Part shown: in pieces, positions 1 through 9,663 of the stretch
Numbering within the stretch: position 1 is the first letter of the stretch
How the letters are laid out: every line of letters begins with the position of its first letter
From: a virus
Lineage: Duplodnaviria; Heunggongvirae; Uroviricota; Caudoviricetes
Length of the DNA stretch: 33,994 nt
Direction: 5' to 3' (one strand)
IMG/VR virus record: IMGVR_UViG_2778261668_000001
Notes under the pieces: model-generated
What the model was told of the DNA's origin: nothing
What the model saw: the letters and a program-made list of their open reading frames with translations, nothing else
Databases searched by the model: none
Position numbers and translations under genes: made by a program

Positions 1-234
1 ATGAAATCAAAAGACACCCTAAAGTGGTTCCCTGCGCAGCTTCCTGAAGTCAGAATTATCCTGGGAGATGCTGTCGTGGAAGTAGCAAAACAGGGAAGAC
101 CTATCAATACCAGAACATTGCTTGATTACATTGAAGGAAACATAAAGAAAAAGTCATGGCTGGATAACAAAGAATTATTACAAACAGCGATATCAGTTCT
201 TAAAGACAACCAAAATTTAAATGGTAAAGTGTAA
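1..234 (+). CDS. Small prophage protein, YdfK/YnaE-like (77 aa); window begins exactly at its ATG
   Basis: ORF MKSKDTLKWFPAQLPEV...; the position next to the pin invertase matches ydfK/pinQ and ynaE/pinR adjacency in K-12 prophages. Family assignment is from memory. Confidence 0.5.
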   Translation: MKSKDTLKWFPAQLPEVRIILGDAVVEVAKQGRPINTRTLLDYIEGNIKKKSWLDNKELLQTAISVLKDNQNLNGKV

Positions 235-613
235 TACCTCCCCTGAAAAATAATTTTTCAATGCATTAAAAAAATATCAACAACTACGTTATTCCGCAAC
301 AACCTACTTTTTTTACCATTTTTCCACTTTAACAACATTTTGCTCCACTTTTCCACGACCAAACAACTTAAAATCTGGTTAAAATAACATACAACACTAT
401 TATTCGTCTTCCTCGAGTCCGCCCGGAGTTCGAAAAACAAACCGAGTTAAAGCCATTTTTCAAAAAATCGATTTTTGGTTACACCAAAATTACGGGACTG
501 CATCCGAATTCGTTTATTTTCGAACGTATACATACAAATATGTACAATAATAAGCGAAATAATTTTTGGATATGCATTATGATATGTACACCAATTTCGT
601 ATAGAGTCTCACT

Positions 614-1204
614 ATGTCTCGAATTTTTGCTTACTGTCGGATATCAACGCTGGATCAGCCCCCCGAAAATCAACGCCGGGAAATCGAAAGTGCAGGTTTT
701 AAAATCAAACCTCAGCAAATAATCGAAGAACACATTAGCGGCTCAGCAGCAACCAGTGAGCGTCCTGGTTTTAACCGGTTGCTTGCTCGCCTGAAATGTG
801 GTGATCAATTGATTGTGACAAAACTGGATCGCCTTGGTTGTAATGCAATGGATATCAGGAAAACAGTGGAACAACTGACCGAAACAGGTATCAGAGTGCA
901 TTGCTTAGCATTGGGGGGCATTGACCTGACCAGTCCAACAGGAAAAATGATGATGCAAGTAATTTCAGCAGTCGCTGAATTTGAACGAGACCTTTTACTT
1001 GAACGCACTCATTCCGGGATAGTAAGAGCCCGGGGCGCAGGGAAACGTTTTGGTCGACCACCTGTGTTAAATGAAGAACAGAAACAGGTGGTATTCGAAC
1101 GAATTAAGTCAGGTGTAAGTATAAGTGCCATTGCCCGGGAATTCAAAACCTCGCGGCAAACCATTTTAAGAGCCAAAGCAAAACTTCAGACACCTGACAT
1201 ATAA
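614..1204 (+). CDS. pin: Serine recombinase / DNA invertase (Pin/Gin/Hin family), 196 aa
   Basis: N-terminal catalytic motif [15 protein letters not shown] with nucleophilic Ser, resolvase core, C-terminal HTH; sits opposite tfa as in e14/Rac/Qin. Confidence 0.85.
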   Translation: MSRIFAYCRISTLDQPPENQRREIESAGFKIKPQQIIEEHISGSAATSERPGFNRLLARLKCGDQLIVTKLDRLGCNAMDIRKTVEQLTETGIRVHCLALGGIDLTSPTGKMMMQVISAVAEFERDLLLERTHSGIVRARGAGKRFGRPPVLNEEQKQVVFERIKSGVSISAIAREFKTSRQTILRAKAKLQTPDI

Positions 1205-1301
1205 AAAATAATCTCGGTGTGAGATGCTTTACGTCTTCCAAGCCCCCTTCCTTGCCGTAAATGGAAAGATACATCTAATTATAGAATTTATATGTTTTAC
1301 C

Positions 1302-1877
1302 CTACGGCAGTGCTGGCCATTCAATATCCTGTGCAGTTGACGTATCAACACGGTTCAGCAATACCCGATACTTTTTCCATGCTTCCAGCAACGAGATTTC
1401 TTCCTCCGTTGCAATTTCCAGATCTGCAGCATCCTGAAGTGGCGCAATATGCTCACTGGCTACCCGCATGAGGCTATTTTTTGTTTCTTCCGCTTCCCGT
1501 ATCCGAAACAGTTTTTCTGCTTCCGCATCCTTCACCCAGGTTGTGCCGTTCCACTTCTGATATTCCCCATCCGGCGACAACCAGGTGACATTTTCTGGTA
1601 ACGGGCCGAGTTCAGAAATAAATAACGCGTCCCCTGATGCCACGTCATAGACCGTTTTTCCCCTGTGGTCTTCAACGAGATGCCATGATGTATCCTCATT
1701 GTTAAAAACAGCCACGAAGCCAGCCGGAATATCTGGCGGTGCAATATCGGTACTGTTTGCAGGCAGACCTGTATGGGGTGGAATATATGCATCACCTTCA
1801 CCAATAAATTCGCCGGTTCCGGCCAGCAGATTATAAATTTTTATGGTCTGTGGATGTTCACTCATTATGAATGCCAT
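1302..1877 (-). CDS. tfa: Tail fiber assembly protein (Tfa)
   Basis: Conserved Tfa N-terminus ([44 protein letters not shown]); start overlaps the stf stop (TAATG). Confidence 0.85.
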   Translation of the reverse strand: MAFIMSEHPQTIKIYNLLAGTGEFIGEGDAYIPPHTGLPANSTDIAPPDIPAGFVAVFNNEDTSWHLVEDHRGKTVYDVASGDALFISELGPLPENVTWLSPDGEYQKWNGTTWVKDAEAEKLFRIREAEETKNSLMRVASEHIAPLQDAADLEIATEEEISLLEAWKKYRVLLNRVDTSTAQDIEWPALP

Positions 1878-4800
1878 TATGCAAGCCTCACAATATAGTT
1901 AAATGCGATGTTTTTGACGGTGTTTTCCGCGTTACCAACAGCGTTAACGGTGATGGTGTGTCCATGTGCACCCAGCGCCACAGTGTGTGCATGGGCACCA
2001 ATACCGACAGTATGTGCGTGTGCCCCTGCAGATGCGGCAGTACCAGACAATGAGTGGGTATGTGCTCCATCTGATGATGTCTTCCCTGATATACGGCTCG
2101 TACCTGAGCCAGATTCCTGTGGTACAACTGGTACGTTTGTGACTGAAACCTGGGTATAACCGTTAGGAAAGAGTGCAGTTCTATTAGAATTCGCATATGG
2201 TCCAGAACTCTGGTGTTGGTGCCCACCTGCACTATTTGCTGTCCCGCTAATACTATGTGTATGCGCCCCGGTGTTATTCGTGGACTTAGTACCATAATCA
2301 AACGAACTGGTTGTTTTCGTCCCCAAATCCGTACTGGATGCACTGGCACTGTGGGTATGCGATTTAATACCATCCTGTTCCTGAGACAATACAGCGCGAC
2401 CACTGGCGGGTTTGCCCTTAATTGTCCATCCACGCAGATCAGGGATCACACCAGATGGGTAAGCGGTTGCAAGTTTCGGATATGCTGATTTATCAAAAGT
2501 CTGCCCCTGCATCAGAGCATAACCAGATGGAATTGTGTCTGATGGCCACGGTATCGGTGCCCCTGCAGGATAAAGCTCTGAAGGAGGATAAGCCGTTGTG
2601 TAAAGCTGATCCCATAGCGACCAGTTTGCGTCGGTAGCATCCCGTCGTGAACGAATAAATGCCGGAGCATGGGCACCGCTTGTACCACTCCAGCCGATAA
2701 GCAATTCACCCTCTCCTGCAGCATTCGCACCTTTCATATGAAGCACATTGCCGTAAGTCGTGGGGTAGCCATTTTTATACGCTTCATACATCTGAACGCC
2801 TGGGGTGCCTTGTGTATTGCCACTTAATGCGGCCACCATACCTCTGGACACTAAGGTATTAATGTTGATGTCACCTGAGCCATCAAACTTAACACCATTA
2901 ATATTTACTGGCGTTTGAAGCTTCGTAGCCGTTGAAGCATTACCCTTAATGCCGCCATTAACGGTAAGCGACCCGGTTATTGTGCCTCCTGTTAATTTCA
3001 AAAAGAGTGCATCAATCCATCCAGCGAAACCCGGTTTATTGATATACAAGTTGCCATCATTGGCAAATATGCCACCACCTGGAGTTCTTAATGGTTGCGC
3101 CATATTTGCTAAAGTCAATGCACCGGACATTTGCCCCCCAGACAGAGGCAAGGCACCAATAAACTGATGCGAGCAGTAATAACCACGCCCCTGGTTAAAA
3201 TCAATTACAGTACGGGCATTTATACATTCAGTAGCAGGTTCTGTTACACCCCACTTATATGTAGTTTGACCTGCTGTATAATCAGTTGTCGGTACAATGA
3301 CACTTAACCCTTCCTCAGCAAATACTTTAATCGGAAAAGCTCTGGCCTCAACATAAAATACACTGCAAACATCATCATCTTTAGTGCTTGCGATAATTGA
3401 GTGAATAGACCGTTCCTCAGACTGATATGCCCAGAAATAACCCGCAGCATATGATCCTCTGTCCGACCAACCACCACTTGTAACGATGCCATTAAATTCG
3501 CAGTTATTCATGGGATCATTACCAGCATTCTGTCTTGTTGATATGACCACCCGGCTGGCAAGTTCATCGTTATATCCGGCTGAACGGCGCAATACAATCG
3601 GATACCATTTCCCGTCAACAACATTCGCTGGCGCAGAAAAGGAATACTTACGCATCCCCCTTTTTTGATCAACTTCACCTTTGCTGTAGACGTTAATGTT
3701 GCTCAGGAACCTATCTTTATCAGGTATATCTGCGCCGTTCTGGTCTTTCCGAAGGCGTGTTTCAGCGTTGTCGTATGCAGACTTGACCGCTTTCGGTGTT
3801 GCTGCAAGCGTCTCAGATTCGCTGCTGGTCTCACTGCTGAGCTGTACTATCCCCTTTTTCGTCGTGCTCGCATCCTCAAGCGCCACGGCAGATGCAACAT
3901 CCTCTGCCCGTTTTGCAGCTGTCTCGGCGCGCGTTGCCGCGGATTCTGCCGCATTTTTGCTCTGAGCTGCCTCCGTCGCACTTCCTGCCGCCTCTGTCGC
4001 CTTCGTGGATGCCGTTGACGCACTCTCTCCCGCCGCTGACGCCTGTCTGGTCGCCTCATCTTTTGAAGCAGACGCAGATGATGCCGATGACGCCGCCGAA
4101 CTGGCTGACGATGCGGCTGCCGTTTTTGAGGATTCTGCACTGGTTTCCGACGCTTTCGCGTTCGTCTCGGATGTCTTCGCTGCGGAAGCAGACCTCGCTG
4201 CTGCGCTGGCCTGTTCAGTGGCTTCAGTAACCTTCGTTGTAGCTGTTGAAGCGGACGATGCGGCGCTTTCTGCCGATTTCCCGGCGGCGGTGGCACTGGC
4301 GGCTGCCTCCTCTGCCTTAATGGATGCTTCACGGGCCGATGATGCAGCTACTGTCTCAGAGCCTGCCGCAGCTGAGGCGCTCTGTTCCGCTGCCGTTTCA
4401 GAAGACTTAGCATTCGTCTCTGACGTTTTTGCCGCCTTCGCGGAATTTCCTGCCGCCGTTGCCGAGGAGGCTGCACTGCTGGCGCTTGTGGAGGCGTTCG
4501 TTTCTGATGATTTTGCCGCCTCTTTGGAGGCAGCCGCATCTCTGGCTGAAGTGGCGGCTTCTGACGCTTTCGTCGTCGCAGTGGATGCAGAAGTGGCTGC
4601 TGATTGTTGTGACGCTGCCGCATTCGTTTCTGACGTTTTCGCGGCACCGGCACTGGTGGCCGCCGCGCTTTTTGAGGACTCTGCAGCGGCAGCACTTTTT
4701 GACGCTTCCGTGGCCTTTGTTGATGCCGTTCCTGCGCTGGAAGATGCTGACTGAGCAGACGATGCGGCCTGTTCGGCGGACGTGCTGGCTGCGCGTGCTG

Positions 4801-5251
4801 AGCCTGCGGCATCAGTCGCATGGGTTGCCGCCTCACTGGCAGATGTGCTGGCATCGCTGGCTGACTTCTTCGCGGCTGCCGTGTTCTGTGCCACTACGGA
4901 CGCGTTACGCGCCACCTCTTCCACCATCAGTTCAAAACGGCGCAGTGCCTCCGGACGGGCATCATCCTCCGTCATGGCACCGAGAAAATCATTCAGCGTC
5001 CCCGGCTTTGAATCCTCATACACGGTGATGGTCCCGGCATGTGACGGCGGGAATCCTTCCACCATCAGAATAACGCTGTACTGACCGTACTCAACGTCCA
5101 TGCTGTAACGCCCGGCTTCATCCGGATTTTCTGAGGCCAGCGTGTTCACCACGACCGTGGTACTGTTACGTTTTGCCTTCAGCTGAATGGTGCAGTTCTG
5201 TACCGGTTTCCCTGTTCCGTCTTTCAGTACACCTGAAATCTTTACTGCCAT
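1877..5251 (-). CDS. stf: Side tail fiber protein (Stf; StfR-like), about 1124 aa
   Basis: N-terminus [26 protein letters not shown] and C-terminus [18 protein letters not shown] match the Rac StfR type; long Ala/Ser/Thr-rich repeat block; His-rich HxH tip motifs ([22 protein letters not shown]). Likely ATG at 5249-5251; the ORF-track start at 5257 is GTG. Confidence 0.9.
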   Translation of the reverse strand: MAVKISGVLKDGTGKPVQNCTIQLKAKRNSTTVVVNTLASENPDEAGRYSMDVEYGQYSVILMVEGFPPSHAGTITVYEDSKPGTLNDFLGAMTEDDARPEALRRFELMVEEVARNASVVAQNTAAAKKSASDASTSASEAATHATDAAGSARAASTSAEQAASSAQSASSSAGTASTKATEASKSAAAAESSKSAAATSAGAAKTSETNAAASQQSAATSASTATTKASEAATSARDAAASKEAAKSSETNASTSASSAASSATAAGNSAKAAKTSETNAKSSETAAEQSASAAAGSETVAASSAREASIKAEEAAASATAAGKSAESAASSASTATTKVTEATEQASAAARSASAAKTSETNAKASETSAESSKTAAASSASSAASSASSASASKDEATRQASAAGESASTASTKATEAAGSATEAAQSKNAAESAATRAETAAKRAEDVASAVALEDASTTKKGIVQLSSETSSESETLAATPKAVKSAYDNAETRLRKDQNGADIPDKDRFLSNINVYSKGEVDQKRGMRKYSFSAPANVVDGKWYPIVLRRSAGYNDELASRVVISTRQNAGNDPMNNCEFNGIVTSGGWSDRGSYAAGYFWAYQSEERSIHSIIASTKDDDVCSVFYVEARAFPIKVFAEEGLSVIVPTTDYTAGQTTYKWGVTEPATECINARTVIDFNQGRGYYCSHQFIGALPLSGGQMSGALTLANMAQPLRTPGGGIFANDGNLYINKPGFAGWIDALFLKLTGGTITGSLTVNGGIKGNASTATKLQTPVNINGVKFDGSGDININTLVSRGMVAALSGNTQGTPGVQMYEAYKNGYPTTYGNVLHMKGANAAGEGELLIGWSGTSGAHAPAFIRSRRDATDANWSLWDQLYTTAYPPSELYPAGAPIPWPSDTIPSGYALMQGQTFDKSAYPKLATAYPSGVIPDLRGWTIKGKPASGRAVLSQEQDGIKSHTHSASASSTDLGTKTTSSFDYGTKSTNNTGAHTHSISGTANSAGGHQHQSSGPYANSNRTALFPNGYTQVSVTNVPVVPQESGSGTSRISGKTSSDGAHTHSLSGTAASAGAHAHTVGIGAHAHTVALGAHGHTITVNAVGNAENTVKNIAFNYIVRLA
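3850..4880 (-). repeat. In-frame low-complexity Ala/Ser/Thr-rich repeat region of stf (SETNA/KTSET-type units)
   Basis: Reiterated nucleotide and peptide motifs; the long spurious ORFs on other frames and the opposite strand here are artefacts of this GC-rich repeat. Confidence 0.6.
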
Positions 5252-5261
5252 ATTCACCCCA

Positions 5262-5290
5262 CAAAAAAGCCCGCCTGAACCGGCGGGCTG
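5262..5290 (-). terminator. Rho-independent terminator between lom and stf
   Basis: Minus-strand hairpin GCCCGCC-ggttcag-GCGGGC followed by TTTTTTGT. Confidence 0.6.
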
Positions 5291-5315
5291 TCATAACACT
5301 GTGTTACCTGGCTAA

Positions 5316-5915
5316 TCAGAATTTATAACCGACACCCACGATGAAACCGTCAGTGCGCCAGTCACCACTGCCGGAGCCTTCATAAGCAATATCAATGGCC
5401 ACGGATTCGGTCGGGTTAAACTGCACGCCAGCCCCCCACGTCAGAGACGTGTTACTGTGGCGACCATCATCACTTCCGGTCAGCACATCGTGCGTTTTCC
5501 CCTTGTTGTCAGTTACGCGGAGATAATCCCCGGAGAAAGTCGAAACACGGCTGTAAGCCACACCCGCCATCGCATATGCGCTGAACCATTCATTCACGCG
5601 TACAGACGGCCCCGCCATCACGCTGAACCAGCGGTTACGAACGGAATCTTCATGCCAGCGGGTATCGCTGTAATGCGTTTTTTGCTCATCTTCGGCGTTG
5701 GCATAACTGAATGACGTCACCATCCCAAGCGTGTCCGTAAATTCATAACGGTATTTCACGTTAATACCATTCAGATCATCACCGCCTGGCATTTTCGTAT
5801 GAGCATGAATATATCCTGCGCTTAATGTGCTATGGTGTTCTGCTGCACTCACTGTCGTACCCGATACGGTCAGGAATACTGCTGCGGACAAAAGAATTGC
5901 ACATACTTTACGCAT
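5316..5915 (-). CDS. lom: Outer-membrane beta-barrel protein Lom (Ail/Lom/PagC family)
   Basis: Signal peptide MRKVCAILLSAAVFLTVSGTTVSA, alternating beta-strand pattern, C-terminal GYKF; RBS GAGAGG; position between J and stf as in lambda. Confidence 0.9.
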   Translation of the reverse strand: MRKVCAILLSAAVFLTVSGTTVSAAEHHSTLSAGYIHAHTKMPGGDDLNGINVKYRYEFTDTLGMVTSFSYANAEDEQKTHYSDTRWHEDSVRNRWFSVMAGPSVRVNEWFSAYAMAGVAYSRVSTFSGDYLRVTDNKGKTHDVLTGSDDGRHSNTSLTWGAGVQFNPTESVAIDIAYEGSGSGDWRTDGFIVGVGYKF

Positions 5916-5937
5916 AATTACCTCTCACTTTTCTGCA

Positions 5938-5964
5938 ATAAAAAAGGCGCCATTTCTGGCGCCC
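5938..5964 (-). terminator. Rho-independent terminator downstream of the J fragment
   Basis: Minus-strand hairpin GGCGCC-agaaat-GGCGCC followed by a T6 run. Confidence 0.55.
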
Positions 5965-5982
5965 GGTTTGGGTTTTAAACAT

Positions 5983-7224
5983 TCAGCTGATACTGATACC
6001 AGCTGTGGATTTTTTCATAATGACCACAAGCAAATCGCTGATAGTCGCTGAAGGATAATAATTCCCGTTTGACGCAGAAACTGAAAACTCAAGAGTTATT
6101 CCTCCAGAACCGGCTGGCATATCCATGATGCCTGTGTAAATGGCTGTAACATCGTTGGTCGATTTGTCATAAATTACAGAACCATTCTTTTTTACAACAA
6201 GACGACAGGATGAATAATATTCACTGTTTGTGGATGCCTGCCGGTGCTTCGCCCCACGAAACGCAACAGCAGGAATGACAATTTGTCTGTCATATTTTTG
6301 ATCATCATCTATCCTCACAGTAATCGTACCTGACGGCCACGGTTTAAATTCTGATTCGCGCGGATCATGTGGAAAAGCCTTTCCCACCGCTTTGACAATA
6401 TCGCCCTCAATCTGACTGGCAGACAGTTTTCCTTTTATCAGACAGTTCTCATTAATCGTGACATTGTTGAGCGTCCCGGCGTTCGCATTCACACTGCCAC
6501 TGATATCCGCATTTTTAGCAGTCAGCTTTCCGTCAGGTGTCAGGGAGAATGCCGGAGGATTACCACCACTGGTAATCGTGGGAGCAATAAGGAACTTGAT
6601 CAGCGCCTCATTAATAAACGTCTGTCCGCCCTGTGTGACCAGTGCAGGAGTGGTGTTACCATTCGCCGGGTTAATAAATGCCACCCGGTCTGCAGCCAGA
6701 AGCACCTGACTCTGCATGCCGTCCGGGGTATTCTCAATACCGGCACCGATACCCGCAATATAAAGGCGTCCATCCTTCATCTGTTGCAGCTTCACAGCCC
6801 ACATACTGTTCAGGTTATTACTGGTGTCAACCTGAACCTTCTGTATCTGCTGGATTGCTGCGCTCTGGTCTTTCAGTGTCTTGTTAACGGTCTCGGTGAT
6901 TTCATTGCTGACATTCGTAATGGATGTCCTGATTTCAGCCAGATCCGGGGCAAGCTGACCGTTATCAATTTGTGTCCACAGCTCCTGGGCCAGATGTGTT
7001 TTCCCTATCTCTCCTTTGAAAAAATCCAGATAGCCGGACGCATCATTACTCGGCTGGCCAACAGCTTCCACAAATACCGATTTGCCGACGGTGTTCACAC
7101 TGCGAACATAAAAATAATAATCATGGCCCGGCCTGATATTGATACTGGCAGCTATCCAGCACTGCGCCGTACCAAGATAACGCGCGCTGGTTTCAACCTG
7201 CCTGATATCGGTAAACCGGGGCAA
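5983..7224 (-). pseudogene. J: C-terminal fragment (about 410 aa) of host-specificity/central tail fiber protein J; N-terminal two-thirds deleted
   Basis: Sequence [20 protein letters not shown]...[13 protein letters not shown]...[10 protein letters not shown] resembles the lambda J C-terminal region as recalled; no ATG (ORF-track start is TTG); lies one stop codon after V in the same frame. Confidence 0.75.
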
Positions 7225-7242
7225 ATGATGAGTATCGTCCTG

Positions 7243-7986
7243 TTAACCTGCGGCGCTGACAGCCACCGCAGCCACTGCCACAAAATCGCCGTCAGAAGTC
7301 ATGCCCACAATGCTGACACTGCCCTGCTTCACGCCTTTCACCGTGGCCACAAGCCCGTTCAGGGTCACCGTGGCAGTCTGTGGATCTGTCGAATGCACAC
7401 TGATCGCTTTGTCACTGGCTCCGTCAGGTTTTACTGTAAAGGTCAGCGTGGTGGTTGCTCCCACTTTTACACTGGCAGATGCCGGTGCCACCGTCAGCCC
7501 GGTAACGCTCACTGTTTCAGTGCCTTCCTCTGCCAGATACGGACGCCCCACACCGCTGATTTTCACTGTGCGGGTCATCACGTCTTTTGAGGCAATGGTT
7601 TTACCCAGTGAGCTCAGCCAGCCACGGAAAACATCAACAGTGCCGTTGGGATATTTGATACGAAACGCGCAGACTTCACCGGAGTCGAACAACTGAACCA
7701 GTTTTTTCTGCCCGCTGTCACCCGGACGCCAGGCCAGCGTCGCCGAAGTATCACCGACGGATTTCTGCCCCTGGGTTGTCGTTTTCCAGTCTGCATCTTC
7801 ATCATCGAGATAAGTGTCATCTTCTGCATCAGCGGTCATTTCGCCAGGTTGCAGATCCTTCACCATCGCAAGACGCAGCCAGTCAGTGTCCGATAAAGGG
7901 TTCGCAAACGCATCGCCCTTGCCGGTGTACATCCAGAACGTCGTTCCCGCACCTTTCGTTTTTGCCAGTGGATTTGGTGTGGTCAT
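7243..7986 (-). CDS. V: Major tail protein V
   Basis: Resembles lambda gpV (GAGTT.W.Y.G.GD..ANPLSD.DW, YLDDEDADW, NGTVDVFRGW) with C-terminal Ig-like domain; strong RBS AGGAGGTG before ATG at 7986. Confidence 0.9.
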   Translation of the reverse strand: MTTPNPLAKTKGAGTTFWMYTGKGDAFANPLSDTDWLRLAMVKDLQPGEMTADAEDDTYLDDEDADWKTTTQGQKSVGDTSATLAWRPGDSGQKKLVQLFDSGEVCAFRIKYPNGTVDVFRGWLSSLGKTIASKDVMTRTVKISGVGRPYLAEEGTETVSVTGLTVAPASASVKVGATTTLTFTVKPDGASDKAISVHSTDPQTATVTLNGLVATVKGVKQGSVSIVGMTSDGDFVAVAAVAVSAAG

Positions 7987-7997
7987 TGCCACCTCCT

Positions 7998-8399
7998 TTA
8001 ATTCGTGTACGTGATCTGGTACGTGATTTCCGCCATCGCCCAGGTGGCCATCTCATTATCACGTTGATAGTTAAAACCGAGAGGGATCAGGGTGTCGATG
8101 AGTCCGGAAAGTGCCGGTATATCATTCAGGGCCGGGAAAATGGTGCTCTCCATCCACATATCCAGCTCTGAATCCGGTGCCTGTGCCCGGATGAAGACAG
8201 CAATATGCAGAACAGCCTGCCAGTCATCTTCATCCGTCATTTTTCCGGTGTACTGAGCATCACTCAGCCACACCGCCACGGCAGGCAGTTCCTGCGCATC
8301 AATAAATGCCGGAAGCCCGTCAAAAAACGTGGCGCTGTCTCCACACTGTTCCCGAAGGCGTGCCAGTACGGCCTGGCGGATTTGTGTATGTCGGTTCAT
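7998..8399 (-). CDS. U: Tail terminator protein U
   Basis: Resembles lambda gpU (ATFFDG.PA, ELPAVAVWL, AQYTG, PDSELD.WMES, DIPALS); ATGA overlap with the Z stop. Confidence 0.85.
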   Translation of the reverse strand: MNRHTQIRQAVLARLREQCGDSATFFDGLPAFIDAQELPAVAVWLSDAQYTGKMTDEDDWQAVLHIAVFIRAQAPDSELDMWMESTIFPALNDIPALSGLIDTLIPLGFNYQRDNEMATWAMAEITYQITYTN

Positions 8400-8974
8400 C
8401 GGGTCAGCCATAACCTCAGTTGTTGTTTCAGTGCATACCCCAGCTGTTTCGGCATTTCCGCAGCAATGATGCGGTCGCGGGCATCTTCAAATGCCTGTGT
8501 CAGCGGTCCGGAAAGCGGGATTTTCACCACATCAATGGGGTAACGATTTTTGCCATCAATACGCCGCATCACATGCCAGCGACCATTCGCCAGTTGCTGA
8601 ATAAACGCATCCCGGAAAAGATATTTACCCACCTTCAGCACACTGCCACGGTACTGCAGTTTTCCACCACGCCGGGCCAGTCTGACCCGGGCTGTCCCCA
8701 GCTTAATGGCGGGCAGATTGCCCCGGTTAACGCGGATCCTGGCCGTCATTTTTCCTGACGGACTGGCTTTAAACACCCGGACACGCTGACGTACCAGTTT
8801 CAGGGGGATCCCTTTCACCTGGTTATCTCCCGCAACGGTATTCCCGGCAACCTGCCGGGTGGCAACCGAGACCGCTTTCTGTGCCACACGGTTTATCGCC
8901 CATGCGCTGGCCTGTGGCACCATACGGGTATCAAGGCTGTTCAGATTACGGATGGCATTCTCAAGCCCCTTCAT
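8396..8974 (-). CDS. Z: Tail completion protein Z
   Basis: 192 aa, same length and position as lambda gpZ, between the FII-like gene and U. Confidence 0.75.
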   Translation of the reverse strand: MKGLENAIRNLNSLDTRMVPQASAWAINRVAQKAVSVATRQVAGNTVAGDNQVKGIPLKLVRQRVRVFKASPSGKMTARIRVNRGNLPAIKLGTARVRLARRGGKLQYRGSVLKVGKYLFRDAFIQQLANGRWHVMRRIDGKNRYPIDVVKIPLSGPLTQAFEDARDRIIAAEMPKQLGYALKQQLRLWLTR

Positions 8975-8985
8975 CCCACACCTCT

Positions 8986-9261
8986 TTACTCAATAAAGAT
9001 CATTGGCTTACCGTTAAAGCGTTCATGCCGTGTGACCGTCCATTGTTGTCCGTCATAAACAACGCGATCCCCGCGCCGTGGGCGGTATCCCGAAGAAAAC
9101 ACCACCAGAGAGACCGCAGGTCCGGACAGAGCATTCAGTTCTGCCAGTGTTTCTCCCGGGATCACAGTCATATCGACATCATTAATCGAGGCTGTCTTTC
9201 CCATCTTTCTGACCGTGATAGCATCCATACGCGCTGCCAGCCGGGAAAAGGGATCAGACAT
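8986..9261 (-). CDS. Head-tail connector protein (FII-position; Gifsy-2-type small head protein)
   Basis: 91-aa ORF between the head gene and Z; overlaps the upstream gene stop. Function inferred from position. Confidence 0.55.
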   Translation of the reverse strand: MSDPFSRLAARMDAITVRKMGKTASINDVDMTVIPGETLAELNALSGPAVSLVVFSSGYRPRRGDRVVYDGQQWTVTRHERFNGKPMIFIE

Positions 9262-9577
9262 TGAGTTTTACCGGCACTTCTTCTGCACTGGTTCCGGCAT
9301 CTGCCCAGACAACCCCGACCAGCGGATCAGAGCCGCTGTTAGTCAGCTGAACTTTTCCGGACTTCAGATAAACCTTCTTACCCGTTTTCATGTCATCCGT
9401 TTTCAGCTTAGGCAGCATAAACACACCTTCGGTCATGCCGTCGCCTGTTTCACCCTGTGGAATATCGGTCAGCGCCACCGCAAAAACATCGCCCACCTGC
9501 ACCAGATCTCCGCTGCTGATGGCTGCACTGGCAACAATCGCCACCGTTTTTCCTTCTTCTACAAAATTCTTTGCCAT
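9254..9577 (-). CDS. Small head protein (decoration or FI-position), about 107 aa
   Basis: MAKNFVEEGKTVAIV...; SD GGAG 7 nt upstream; lies just after the capsid terminator. The ORF-track N-terminal extension overlaps terminator hairpins and is rejected. Confidence 0.45.
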   Translation of the reverse strand: MAKNFVEEGKTVAIVASAAISSGDLVQVGDVFAVALTDIPQGETGDGMTEGVFMLPKLKTDDMKTGKKVYLKSGKVQLTNSGSDPLVGVVWADAGTSAEEVPVKLNV

Positions 9578-9617
9578 AACTGTCTCCGCACAGCCCCGTT
9601 CAGGGGCTGATTTCAGG

Positions 9618-9641
9618 TACAAAAAAAGCCCTTACGGGCCA
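9618..9641 (-). terminator. Weak intrinsic terminator or attenuator just after the major capsid gene
   Basis: Minus-strand GGCCC-gtaa-GGGC hairpin (GNRA loop) followed by T7. Confidence 0.5.
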
Positions 9642-9663
9642 TCAGAGTTGTTGTCTGCGACGT

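Noticed and set aside
3847-5084. Several long ORFs on both strands inside stf (Arg/Pro-rich and Ala/Asp-rich translations)
   Set aside because: Artefacts of the GC-rich in-frame Ala/Ser/Thr repeat of the side tail fibre gene; only the stf frame yields a recognisable protein.
6367-7590. 407-aa plus-strand ORF antisense to the J fragment and V
   Set aside because: Cys/His/Arg-rich junk composition with no motifs; it mirrors strongly supported minus-strand genes, so it is an open antisense frame produced by codon bias.
9577-9622. ORF-track N-terminal extension of the small head gene (122 aa version)
   Set aside because: The extension overlaps the capsid terminator hairpin and a second hairpin, whereas the internal ATG at 9577 has an SD.
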